A stretch of DNA of 64,000 bases from an uncultured Verrucomicrobiae bacterium. Its GTDB lineage: Bacteria > Verrucomicrobiota > Verrucomicrobiia > Chthoniobacterales > JAFAMB01. The stretch is from positions 110,655-174,654 of the forward strand of contig CAVULL010000022.1 in the NCBI GenBank assembly GCA_963742335.1, written 5' to 3'. Below, piece by piece: positions 10,549-20,662 of this stretch; positions within the stretch are counted from its first letter, which is position 1, and the number at the start of each line of letters is the position of its first letter. Under the pieces are notes generated by a model. That model had not been told where the DNA came from. It was given only the letters and a program-made list of their open reading frames with translations, and made no database searches. Position numbers and translations under genes: made by a program.

Positions 10549-11340
10549 CTAATGAAATATAAACCCATGGATGCGCTCTGGCCGAAACACATGAGCTTTC
10601 ACGTTAAGCGCCTTTTTGGCCATTTCCAATGGGTTCGACAGCAGGTCGCGGGCGTCGTCTCCACAAATAACACACCGGAAACCTGTATGGGACGATCCGG
10701 TATCGGGCGGCGTCCCGCGACGCGCGCTAGGGCGATAACTCTCGCAGTAGTCGGGGTTGCAAAGGAATGAACCGCCTTTGACAACGCGCTTGGGGGAGCA
10801 CGGATCGCCTGGATCATAACTTTCAGCCGGTCCCCCGGGATTGCGACAAACGTTTTTGCTGGCGGCCTCGAGGTTGGTATCGACCCGATACCAGTCGCTG
10901 CACCATTGCCAGACGTTGCCAGCCATGTCGTACAAGCCGTAGCCATTCGCTGGGAAGGAGCCCACGGGCGAAGTGCCTATAAATCCATCTTCGCCAGTGT
11001 TGTGAACCGGGAATAATCCCTGCCAGGTGTTCGCCATGTGTTTGCCCCCCGGCTTGAATTCCTCACCAGACATAACGCTTTGATTCCAAGCCGCCACGGG
11101 CAGCGAATTCCCATTCGGCTTCCGTGGGTAGGCGTTTACGCGCCCATTGGGCATAGGCTACCGCATCGTTCCACGAGACCTGAACAACTGGATGATTTTC
11201 TCTTCCCTGGATACAACTTTCAGGGCCTTCGGGATGCCGCCAATTTGCTCCGTGCAACCCAACGCCACCAAGCCGACAAGTCGTTGAGCGGGACTGGTCC
11301 AGCGCTAGGAGTAAAGACCAGCGATCCAGGCGCTGGATGT
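10549..11340 (-). pseudogene. Formylglycine-generating enzyme (FGE-sulfatase/SUMF1) family, frameshifted at least twice and probably 5'-truncated
   Basis: Three frames carry '[25 protein letters not shown]', then '[49 protein letters not shown]', then '[45 protein letters not shown]'. The frame breaks lie at about 11245 and about 11068. Confidence 0.75.
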
Positions 11341-11492
11341 CCCACGGCAATTCAGCGACTTCATCCAGCACGGCTTCCATTGGCCACTTGTCCAACCAGC
11401 GGGTGCGAACCCGGGGGGCAAAGCGTTCCAGGACCTGGCGCGCTTCATTGTTCCAGCGTTGTTCCTGGGGTCCTGCGCCGCCGACGCAAACG

Positions 11493-11714
11493 ATGCTGGA
11501 GAAACTCGATGAGTATCTCGCCGCGGCCGAGATCGCTGCTGACACTGAAGCTCCGCTATTCCGCGCGACCGGTATCACCGCCTACCTCAAGAATAAGGGT
11601 TTGTTAGAACACGCGCAGACGCTTGCCAACCGCTCCTCGCCCCGCGCGACCAAGCTCTATGACCGACGGACGGACGAGATTTCACTGGACGAGGTAGAGA
11701 AGATTGCGATCTGA
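11493..11714 (+). pseudogene. Tyrosine recombinase/integrase C-terminal remnant with an internal deletion
   Basis: '[23 protein letters not shown]|[49 protein letters not shown]' contains the conserved C-terminal H..R..Y block of this integrase family. The segment normally found between 'PLFR' and 'FRATGIT' and the entire N-terminal half are missing. Confidence 0.65.
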
Positions 11715-12986
11715 CGTTTCGCCTCAATAGGGTAGACCCCAACGGTTGGAAGTGGGGCCCCATCGCACGCCCAATTCGCCTACGTCGCGAATATCAACGA
11801 CAATACCGTTTCTGGCTACAGGATCACCTCGCCCACTTGGGGGCGCTCACGGCGGTGGCGGTCGGCGCTCAACCGCTCAACGTCGCGATCTCGAGAGGAT
11901 TTTCCGTGGGATGGAGCAAAAGAATTGAGTCGGGAAGGGTGAAATTCGACTTGCGCAGGTCTAAATTTTGGCTTTTTTTATACTGGCTAGAACTCACCAG
12001 TAACCATGATCAAAGAGTCCAAGCGGCTTTATTTGCCGATTTCCCCAGGTAGGCAGAGAAGCCGGAGGGTCAAAGCGTTCCGTGTGAGTTCTAGCCCTCC
12101 TTTAATTTAACGGTATGGACGGCATAGATGGACTCACGGATCTCAGTTTCTAGCTTTCGGTGAAACTGACGCAGCAAGAGGTGAACTTGCTGCGGCTGGC
12201 AGTTTCGCAGGCTGCTTCGGCGGAGGAGGCAAAGGAAGCCGGTAAGTTGTTTTTCAAAAGTTTACGAACGCGAGGGTCGAAGTACGCAGTTCGCGATCAG
12301 GATGCCCCGTAATCGCGCCGGAATGCCCAGGATTGATCGGAAGGCCGGGAAGCGCGTGGGCTAACTAACCGACCGAAAACCTCCGTTAAGGGGCTGCACA
12401 AGGCACGCTGCGATACGACCCAATAAGCACCAACAGACCGGAATCGATCGACAGCATTTCCGCGTGAGAATACGAGGACCGGAGCTGCGGATATGCCTTG
12501 TCACGGGCCAACCTCCTGGCCTTACTCCCCGCGCAATTTCCCAAAATAGGCAGAACCGGAAGTTTCCGGCCTGGTAAGGATTGGAAAGAGCGGCTGGGTA
12601 GTCGCTTCTACCAGGAAAATGCCAGGGCCAAAACTAAAAACGGAAATACCCTTTTCGGGAAATGGCGATAATAGCAGTGAACTGGGGAGGCCTGGGGTTG
12701 CCCGAGGTCGGCTAGCTCAAAAAGCATTGCATAGTGCATGCATCACTGTCATGCTCAACGTCTTTAGGACAGGCTAATCGCCTTCTCTCCTTCGCTACGA
12801 GGAGAGGCATCCAATATCCTCAGCGAAGAGTCTGAGGCGACAGCTTTCAGCCTGAAGGTCACTTCTACTCCAGTCGCATGGTCTTTTGCGCACGCCTGCA
12901 TTTTAAGTGGTCGCCGTTCGCAGCGTTTAAGGAAGGCCGGCGCGGAGTGGGCGTAACTCCAGTCTATCTCAACAAAAGAAACAGAT

Positions 12987-14087
12987 ATGGAAACAACAAC
13001 TCAAAGTGGAACGCCGGCTGGCGCCGGCAAATCTTCATTGAACCCCGACACCCTTAATCAGCTTCTTGGGCAGATGGTCAACGATCTTGGAGCAGCCGTA
13101 AATGGGGCACTCATTGTACTTGGTGACGGACTCGGAATTTACACAGCGCTTGCTGATATTGGCCCGGCGACCTCGCAGAAACTCGCCGAAAAGACCAACC
13201 TCAATGAGCGACAGCTTCGCGAATGGCTTAGTGCCCAGGCCGCTTCGGGATACATCAGCTATGACGCGGCGAGCGACTCCTTTTTTCTCACTCCTGAACA
13301 GACCGCGGTGTTTGCTGATCCGGACAGTCCAGCGGCAATGATAGGTGGATTCTACAGTGTCTCGGCCGTTTACCACGATGAGCCGCTCGTTGCGGAGAGT
13401 TTTAGGACTGGACGAGGCCTACCTTGGGGAGGGCATCACAATTGCCTTTTTTGCGGAACGGAGAGGTTTTTCAGACCCGGTTATCAGGCTAACATAAGCG
13501 AAAACTGGATTCCAGCGCTTGACGGCGTTCAGCAGAAGTTGGGCACCGGAACTCGCGTCGCAGACATCGGATGCGGTTATGGCGCTTCCACCCTCATTAT
13601 GGCGAAGGCGTTCCCGAAATCTGAATTCTATGGATTCGATTTGCATCCGGCTTCCATCGAGGCAGCGAATCACCACGCCCGGGAGCAGCATATTCCAAAT
13701 GTCCGTTTTAGCATTGCTACAGCGAAAGACTTCCCGGGCAACGACTACGGATTTGTGACGGTATTCGATGCCCTTCACGACATGGGCGATCCGGTTGGTG
13801 CAGCGTCACATGTCAAACAGTCCCTTCAACCCGATGGCACATTCATGATTGTAGAGCCTTTTGCGGGAGACTCGCTCACTGAGAACCTCAATCCGGTGGG
13901 CCGAGCGTATTACGGGTTTTCCACCATGGTGTGCACTCCTAATTCGCTCAGTCAGGAAGTTGGCCTTGCCCTTGGAGCGCAAGCCGGCGAGCGGCGCTTG
14001 AGAGACGTTCTCTCGAAGGGCGGGTTTACCCGAGTCCGCCGTGCCGCGGAAACGCCGTTCAACATGATCCTGGAAGCGCGGCCATAG
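12987..14087 (+). CDS. Class I SAM-dependent methyltransferase with an N-terminal winged-helix-like domain
   Basis: 'VADIGCGYGASTLIMAK' is SAM motif I, followed by 'FDALHDMGDP' and 'LQPDGTFMIVEP'. The 366-aa ORF is intact. Confidence 0.8.
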   Translation: METTTQSGTPAGAGKSSLNPDTLNQLLGQMVNDLGAAVNGALIVLGDGLGIYTALADIGPATSQKLAEKTNLNERQLREWLSAQAASGYISYDAASDSFFLTPEQTAVFADPDSPAAMIGGFYSVSAVYHDEPLVAESFRTGRGLPWGGHHNCLFCGTERFFRPGYQANISENWIPALDGVQQKLGTGTRVADIGCGYGASTLIMAKAFPKSEFYGFDLHPASIEAANHHAREQHIPNVRFSIATAKDFPGNDYGFVTVFDALHDMGDPVGAASHVKQSLQPDGTFMIVEPFAGDSLTENLNPVGRAYYGFSTMVCTPNSLSQEVGLALGAQAGERRLRDVLSKGGFTRVRRAAETPFNMILEARP

Positions 14088-14628
14088 GAGATCTGTCGGG
14101 AGTCGAACGTGTGCACTGGAAATCAGCGGTAGAGAGCTAAAAGCGCCTTTAGTTGAGAGTTGGCCAAGCCATTTTTGCGCCAAGGGAGTAGGGCTACGTA
14201 GCATCAAGCAGCCAAATTTTTGGAATTTAATTCTCACCGAATCCCGCAGATTCTCATCGGAGATCGCACTCGCCAAGCGGTTGGCGGGGGCCTGCCGGAG
14301 CGGTGAGGCTTATTGGGTCATATCGCAGCTCGCCTTGTGTAGCCCCGTTAAGGCGTTCCGATGCAAGCACCAAAACATCGTTGAGCTTCTCTTCTGCTAT
14401 CGAAGCCTCCCGGTTCTAGTCTGTCACCGCGTGGATCAGGATGCTATAGGTTACTCGGGGTGATCGTTGTGGACGGTGCAGGTGGCCACTTCTGCCGTTA
14501 TAGGCCGAAACTGGTAAAACCGAAACGCACCGGGGTGGCCACAGACGCGTTTTGATTCAAGTCTACTTCGTCTAATAAGACCTGGACTCTTCATGGGAGT
14601 CATCCCTGCGATCTCCCAAGTTTCGCCC

Positions 14629-14880
14629 TCACGGACTATAAGCGATGAATTGTGGGGCATCGCTATTGGTCAACAGGCGGATCTTCCAAGCGTCACCGTC
14701 ACGAACATAAATCGCTGACCAGAAGCCGCTCTCGAACTTCGGACCGGTCTGGCCTTGACGGGTACTCCACCATTTTCCGGTCGACCAAATCGCGTTGTCG
14801 ATTGCATTCAAACACGAACCCTGACCGCTAGAGATGGTAATAGGCCACCGCTGGAACGTGTCTGCGTACCATTTGCCCAC
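14629..14880 (-). pseudogene. NTF2-like (SnoaL/DUF4440-type) C-terminal fragment. A second similar fragment may lie at 14451-14660.
   Basis: 'KWYADTFQ..GFWSAIYVRDGDAWKIRLLT' resembles the end of NTF2-fold proteins. No matching N-terminal half lies upstream, because a stop occurs immediately 5' of the fragment. The next ORF repeats '..VREGETWEIAGMT'. Confidence 0.35.
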
Positions 14881-15688
14881 TCATTTTTGCCATGAGCCAT
14901 CTGCCACCGAGATCGACTAGAGCAGTAGGAGAATTTCGATTTTAGATGAAGAAATTAAGGACGTCGAGCTTCGATAATATTCTTGGCCTCTCGAAATGTT
15001 CTCTGGCCCTTTGACCTCATCCTTCGTAAGTCCAACTCCCCCCCGATTCCATCTCCTGCAGTCGTACTCGCTAATCGTTGTACTTAGCCTGCATCGTAAC
15101 AATCTGTTCTTCGGCCTTCTTGACGGCTGCCCGACCGGAAGAGTAACCGCTGTTACGTGGTCAAATAGATGCGGCATTAGGACCCAAAATTCCACTAACT
15201 CTCGACAAAATGACCCAAATGTACACTGTTTTGGAGGAGTTCTTTTCGGGCCAGCTTTGGAATGTTTCCTTGGCGTTGCTCCCCCTCCGGCGCCGCACGC
15301 GGGAAGGCCTGGCCGGCGCCCCCCAGCCGCCGCCAATCTATTCGGCCAAAGCCAAAACGCGCCCCCACCTGGTCACAGGCCCAGATTAAGTGAGAATGAG
15401 ACCACATTGTTTGAGAACAGCCCAACATCGGTCGGAAACCACGATGATCGAGAATGACGACTGGTGCTCATACTCGATCACCCAGTTCACAGACCCTGAC
15501 CAAAGGCGTTCCCTCTGGCGCAAACAGTCGGGCGCTCTCCCGGACGTCGAGCAGCCGCGCCGACGGCACTTCGCGTGAGATTCGGTTCCAACCGAGGGAG
15601 TCTGTCGGAGATTCTTCTTGCGGCGGACGCGCGACAATGAAAAAATTCGGGCTTCTCCAATTTCTTAATCACCCAGCGAGAACTAAAC

Positions 15689-16825
15689 ATGCTGAAACGG
15701 ATGATTGGCTGCAGAATCGTCTTAGCCAGTGTGTTTGCCATGCTCATCTGTTTCGGGCGCGCCGCAGAGCCGCTCAAAATCGGCATGGTAGTTTCGGTCA
15801 CGGGACCGCTGGCCGAATCCGGCCTTTACCGGATTCAGGGTGCCAAGCTCGCTGTCGAGGAGATAAACAAGGCAGGTGGTTTGCTTGGCCGACAAATCGA
15901 GCTTGTCATAGAGGATGACCAAACGACCAATCCCGGGGCTGTGCTCGCCTTCAGCAAGCTTGCCGGGGACAAGGATATTCCCGGGTTCATCGGACCGACC
16001 CTTAGCACCCAGGTCCACGCCGTGGCACCAGACATCCAGAGGACCGGCAGACCGGTAATGATAGGAGCCACTGACCCACAGCTTACCCATATGGGCTATA
16101 CATGGCTGTTCCGCTGCCGTCCGAACGACATCTATTCGGCGCGCGTGATCGCCGACTACGGCGTCAATACGCTAGGTAAAAAAAAGTGGGCGATCGTCCA
16201 CTCGACTGATGCCTTCGGCACCAACGGCATGAAGAATCTGGTCGAAGTGCTAAAGCGCACAGGGGTCGAACCCGTGCTGATTCAGGGCTACACCAACAAC
16301 TCGCAGGATTTTACCGCGGTGGCGCTCGCCGTTAAACAGTCAGGTGCCGATGTCATGAGCACCTATATGACCTTTCCGCCTGACCTAGGTATTTTTGCCA
16401 GGCAGTTGCGTCAGCTGGGCATCAATATTGTCTGGGTCGGCTCTCCCACGACGGTGGTGACGACCGCCCTGAAGCTCGCTGGACCGGCGCTGTACGGCTC
16501 CTATGCTGTCTCCGATTTCGCCGCCAACTCAAGCCCGACAGCCAAAGAGTTCGCGACCAAATACGAGGCGACCTACAAGTCTGCGCCCGACTTCAATGGG
16601 GCATCGACCTACGACGCGGTTCACGTTCTAGCGCTCGCGATCGACAACGCTAAGAGTCTTGAGCCTGAGAAGATCCGCGAGGCGATCTTGAGCGTCAAGG
16701 GCTACGCGGGCGCCGAGGGCACTTACAATTTCGATCAGAACGGCGATGGGCTCCACGGCTACAACATCGTCAAAAACGATAACGGCAAGATCGTGTTCAT
16801 CAAGCATATCGACTTCAGCGAATAG
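15689..16825 (+). CDS. ABC transporter substrate-binding protein of the branched-chain amino acid (LivJ/Peripla_BP_6) type, orphan
   Basis: A signal peptide is followed by 'PLKIGMVVSVTGPLAESG..GAKLAVEEINKAGGLLGRQIELVIEDDQ'. No permease or ATPase genes are adjacent. Confidence 0.8.
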   Translation: MLKRMIGCRIVLASVFAMLICFGRAAEPLKIGMVVSVTGPLAESGLYRIQGAKLAVEEINKAGGLLGRQIELVIEDDQTTNPGAVLAFSKLAGDKDIPGFIGPTLSTQVHAVAPDIQRTGRPVMIGATDPQLTHMGYTWLFRCRPNDIYSARVIADYGVNTLGKKKWAIVHSTDAFGTNGMKNLVEVLKRTGVEPVLIQGYTNNSQDFTAVALAVKQSGADVMSTYMTFPPDLGIFARQLRQLGINIVWVGSPTTVVTTALKLAGPALYGSYAVSDFAANSSPTAKEFATKYEATYKSAPDFNGASTYDAVHVLALAIDNAKSLEPEKIREAILSVKGYAGAEGTYNFDQNGDGLHGYNIVKNDNGKIVFIKHIDFSE

Positions 16826-17152
16826 AGAATCTGCGCGGAGCGCGGCATGCCCTGACCCGCTGCACGCGCAAAAGCCTATGGGCATAGCCTCCAGCTTCTC
16901 TTCACCGCGCAAGCTGGCCGATGCATTCGACGATCGGGCCATCGCACATTCGCGATATCGTCCAACATTAAACAGAGTGCCCACTTTGTTTCATGTTTTC
17001 CCGCTGTGGCAACGCGCAACAGGCGCGGGGGGGGCGGTCTGCCGGCGGCGCCCAGCTCCCTTCGGTCATGCCCAATGGCCGTAAAGGAAAGCTTTAGAAA
17101 ACTGTACGAGCTTTCGGTACAAAACTTGACTTTTCTGTGCAAATTGCATGTC

Positions 17153-17402
17153 CTAAAAAGATGAATCCTCCCTCCTTTCACACCCGCACTCGTAACGCCC
17201 CTGCTTGTTAAGATCGGTCATCACCGTAAGGTGGTTCACGAGAAGCGCTGGCGCCCTCGCCTCCCGAAGCCTTTCGCTCCACTCAACGAGCGGCACGTTG
17301 CAATAGCGGATCGTCCGACCGAGTGGCTCGGAAAAGACGCACGCGTGGTGGCCTAGATCGGCCGACTCAGATCCGGTCAGATTGTAAACATGACCGTGTC
17401 TG
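17153..17402 (-). pseudogene. NmrA-like/atypical SDR C-terminal remnant
   Basis: 'HVYNLTGSESADLGHHACVFSEPLGRTIRYCNVPLVEWSERLREARAPALLVNHLTVMTDLNKQGRYE' matches the C-terminal third of NmrA-family proteins. The Rossmann-fold N-terminus is absent, and the upstream part of the ORF overlaps the ABC ATPase gene. Confidence 0.55.
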
Positions 17403-18383
17403 CTAAATCTCTCCAACCCGGATACAAGCCGCAATCCGGTTGGGCTCTTTTTCTTCGAGCTCAGGGCGCCGTGTTTTGCAGGCATCGATTACGAAAGGAC
17501 AACGAGGATGAAATGGGCACCCAGGGGGAGGATTCGAAGGCGACGGTGGGTCTCCTTCCAGAATGATCCGTCGTCGCGCCCGCTCCAACCATGGATCGGG
17601 TACCGGAACCGCCGAAATAAGCGCTCTGGTGTAGGGATGCAACGGCCTCTCAACGACATCCGTGGCCGGCCCCAATTCGACCAGCCGTCCCAGGTACATC
17701 ACCGCGATGCGGTCGGAAATATATTTCACCACTGAAATATCGTGTGAGATGAAAATCATTGTCAGCTGCCGCTCTCGGCACAATCTCAAGATCAGATTCA
17801 AAATCTGCGACTGGATCGAAACGTCCAAGGCCGAGACAGGTTCATCTGCGATAATCAGTTTGGGCTCCGGGGCCAGAGCTCGCGCGATGGCAATACGCTG
17901 GCGTTGACCACCGGAAAATTCGTGAGGATACCGTCGCATTTGATTCGGCGGCAACCCGACAGTCGTCATGAGTTGAGCCACCTTTGCAACCAGGATCTTG
18001 CCGCTGACTTTAAGCCGCGTGCGAATCGCTTCCGAGAGCGCGTCGTAAACTGTCATCCGTGGATTGAGCGAGGCGTACGGATCCTGAAAGATCATCTGAA
18101 AGTTCACCCGTTCCGCTCGAATAGCTCGTTTGCTGATTTTCGAAAGATCCCGTCCTTCCAAAACGACCGCTCCATCGGTCATCGGCATCAGCTGCATGAT
18201 AGTGCGAGCCAGAGTCGATTTGCCGCAGCCCGATTCTCCAACGAGACCTAAGATCTCCCCGGTTTTCAGCTGGAGGCTAACTCCGTCGACCGCTTTGACC
18301 GAACCAACCTCTCGCCGAAAGACCATGCCCCTGTAGATAGGGAAATGCTTTTTGAGGTTGCCGATCTCAAGGAACGTATTCAT
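17403..18383 (-). CDS. Peptide ABC transporter ATP-binding protein (OppF/DppF type)
   Basis: Walker A 'GESGCGKST', signature 'FSGGQRQRIAIARAL', Walker B 'LIIADEPVSALD' and a C-terminal oligopeptide/dipeptide ABC domain are present. The gene overlaps the upstream ATPase gene by 4 nt. Confidence 0.9.
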   Translation of the reverse strand: MNTFLEIGNLKKHFPIYRGMVFRREVGSVKAVDGVSLQLKTGEILGLVGESGCGKSTLARTIMQLMPMTDGAVVLEGRDLSKISKRAIRAERVNFQMIFQDPYASLNPRMTVYDALSEAIRTRLKVSGKILVAKVAQLMTTVGLPPNQMRRYPHEFSGGQRQRIAIARALAPEPKLIIADEPVSALDVSIQSQILNLILRLCRERQLTMIFISHDISVVKYISDRIAVMYLGRLVELGPATDVVERPLHPYTRALISAVPVPDPWLERARRRIILEGDPPSPSNPPPGCPFHPRCPFVIDACKTRRPELEEKEPNRIAACIRVGEI

Positions 18384-19390
18384 GCGGCTGGAACGACTTC
18401 TTTGACGCGGACATCAGAGATCTCGCCTCGCTGGAACCGAGCGCAAGCGGTTCTATGATTCGGGATCATTTCTTTGAGCGAAGGCGCTTGCTCTTTGCAG
18501 GTCTCGATCGCATAGGCGCAGCGTGGCGCAAACGAGCATCCGGGAAAATCGATCGTCAGATCGGGCGGTGCTCCGGGAATAGTGAATAACAACTCCCCTT
18601 TCTTGTGCAATGCCGGAATCGATTGTTGAAGCGCAGCGTTATACGGATGCATCGGCTGTGCGAATATTTCATCCGTTGAGGCCGACTCAACAATGCGTCC
18701 AGCGTACATAACGTTGACGTCCTGACAAAATGACGCAACGACGCCAAGGTCGTGAGTGATGAATATCACCGCAGTTCCCAGGTCTTTCTGGCGTAGTTTG
18801 ATCAGCTCAAGAATTTGCGCCTGAACGGTGACATCGAGTGCGGTAGTCGGCTCATCAGCGATTAGAATCTCCGGCCGACTGATTAATGCCATCGCAATCA
18901 TGACCCTCTGACGCATACCACCCGAGAACTGGTGAGGATAAAGATCGATCCGGCTTGCCGCGTCCTGAATACCGACTTCCTCCAAGCTGGTGATCGCTTT
19001 GGCTAAGGCGTGCGATCGACTCACTTTTTCATGCACCAGCAACGGCTCGACAAGCTGATCCGAGACACGCATGTAGGGATTCAGCGAGGTCATTGGATCC
19101 TGGAAAATCATCGAAATCCTTTTGCCACGAATTTGCCGCAACTGTTTTTCCGAACAATTGAGCATGTCGACGCCCGCGAAGTTGGCCCGACCGGAGACTA
19201 TTTTTCCCGGAGGCTTAGGAATGAGGCCGAGGATCGAATAACATGTCACCGATTTCCCGGAGCCCGATTCGCCGACGATTCCCAGCGTCTTCCCCCGGCT
19301 GAGCGAAAAGGAAACATCGTTGACCGCGCGAATCACGCCTCCCCGCGTATAAAAATAGGTCCTTAGATTTTCGACTTCGAGCAGCGCCAT
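18380..19390 (-). CDS. Peptide ABC transporter ATP-binding protein (OppD/DppD type)
   Basis: Contains '[10 protein letters not shown]', '[15 protein letters not shown]' and '[11 protein letters not shown]'. Confidence 0.9.
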   Translation of the reverse strand: MALLEVENLRTYFYTRGGVIRAVNDVSFSLSRGKTLGIVGESGSGKSVTCYSILGLIPKPPGKIVSGRANFAGVDMLNCSEKQLRQIRGKRISMIFQDPMTSLNPYMRVSDQLVEPLLVHEKVSRSHALAKAITSLEEVGIQDAASRIDLYPHQFSGGMRQRVMIAMALISRPEILIADEPTTALDVTVQAQILELIKLRQKDLGTAVIFITHDLGVVASFCQDVNVMYAGRIVESASTDEIFAQPMHPYNAALQQSIPALHKKGELLFTIPGAPPDLTIDFPGCSFAPRCAYAIETCKEQAPSLKEMIPNHRTACARFQRGEISDVRVKEVVPAA

Positions 19391-19398
19391 TTGGTAGA

Positions 19399-19558
19399 TT
19401 CAGGAGTTCAGGAGTTCAGGAGATGAAGGCCCATGGACTATGAACACCTGGCTCATAGATCCTGTCTTTAGGAAACCGGCAGTGCGATACTCGAAAATAT
19501 GGTGCTCCATTCTGCAACTCCTGACTCCTGAATTCTGACTCCTGACTCCTGACTCCTG
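19399..19558. repeat. Inverted short-tandem-repeat element in the oppC-oppD-type intergenic spacer
   Basis: Three TTCAGGAG units (19399-22) lie at the left. A ~95-bp unique core follows. The right side reads CTCCTGACTCCTGAATTCTGACTCCTGACTCCTGACTCCTGCA (19518-58), which is the reverse complement of TCAGGAG-type units. Confidence 0.85.
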
Positions 19559-19563
19559 CAGTA

Positions 19564-20658
19564 CTAATCTTTCGATGATTTCGGATCGAGCGCATCCCTG
19601 AGACCGTCTCCGAGGAAGTTCAAGGAAAAGAGGGTTAACGAGAAAAAGAATGCAGGACAGATCAGCAACCAGATCGATGTTTCCATCGTGCGGGATCCTT
19701 CATCGATCAACACGCCCCAGGAACTAAGTGGGGGTTGCACTCCGAGACCAAGGAAGCTTAGAATCGCCTCCAGAAGCATGACCTCCGGAAAAGTCAGTGT
19801 CGCATAGATGATGATGGGTCCCAAGACGTTTGGGATCAGATGGCGAAACAGAATCCGATGATCGGGAAGCCCCAGTGAAATTGCCGCTTCAATAAACTCC
19901 TGGTGCTTCAGCGAGATGATTTGACCCCGCACAATTCGAGCCATGGTCAGCCATTCGACCGCCCCGATTGCGACGAAGAGCAGGATAAAATTCCGGCCAA
20001 ACATCACCATCAGGAGTATAACGATCACTGTAAATGGCAGGGCGTAAAGAATATCCGCAAAACGCATCATCACCGTGTCAGTCTTCCCCCCCACGAAACC
20101 CGCGATCGCTCCCCACAAAACTCCGATGCAGACGGAGACGAGCGTGGCCGCAAAACCGACCGCCAGAGAGATCCGCCCTCCGATTAAGACTCGCGTCAAC
20201 AAATCACGACCCAGAGGATCGGTACCGAAAAGGTATCGCCGAGTGGACGGTTCATAGGTGAACTTGCCCTCTCGATAGGTGTCGCCCCTGGCAACTTTCT
20301 CCACGATTTCCTGGCGATCCAATTTCGCCCGATCCAGGAATTCGTCTTCCAGGTTCGAGCGCGCGATGAAGCTTTTTTTGGGTTCTCCATTTTTGATAGC
20401 TTCGGAGCGCAAAAAGATCGGCTCCAGTGGCGCACTTGCTTTCAAGCTAATCTCCGTCTGCTCGTAAGTCCGGCCGGTGAAATACGGTCCGACCATACAG
20501 AGGATCGTAACGACGCAAAACGCACAGAGTCCGAACAGAGCGATGCGATTCTTTCTCAGCCGATACCACGCATCCTTCCAAAGCGAAGTCCCTTGCTCCA
20601 GATTTTCTACCAGGATCGGCGCGGGTTCAACCGATGTGGGCGCGGCCGAGGAGCTCAT
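19564..20658 (-). CDS. Peptide ABC transporter permease (OppC/DppC type) with an extended periplasmic loop
   Basis: BPD_transp_1 core 'LLTRVLIGGRISLAVGF..' is present, and the gene sits in operon context. Confidence 0.85.
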   Translation of the reverse strand: MSSSAAPTSVEPAPILVENLEQGTSLWKDAWYRLRKNRIALFGLCAFCVVTILCMVGPYFTGRTYEQTEISLKASAPLEPIFLRSEAIKNGEPKKSFIARSNLEDEFLDRAKLDRQEIVEKVARGDTYREGKFTYEPSTRRYLFGTDPLGRDLLTRVLIGGRISLAVGFAATLVSVCIGVLWGAIAGFVGGKTDTVMMRFADILYALPFTVIVILLMVMFGRNFILLFVAIGAVEWLTMARIVRGQIISLKHQEFIEAAISLGLPDHRILFRHLIPNVLGPIIIYATLTFPEVMLLEAILSFLGLGVQPPLSSWGVLIDEGSRTMETSIWLLICPAFFFSLTLFSLNFLGDGLRDALDPKSSKD

Positions 20659-20662
20659 CTTC

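Noticed and set aside
12053-12986. RNase P RNA, tmRNA or tRNA in the ORF-free stretch
   Set aside because: On either strand I could not find the universally conserved strings: GAGGAAAGTCC-type P4 sequence, a GGTTCGA(A/T)TCC T-arm, or a tmRNA 3' end with CCA context. The region is left as an unassigned candidate and not called as an RNA gene.
14917-15457. ORFs 14917-15336 (minus strand) and 14996-15457 (plus strand)
   Set aside because: They overlap each other on opposite strands, are Arg/Pro/Gly-rich and carry no motifs. They are treated as noise in a decayed intergenic region.
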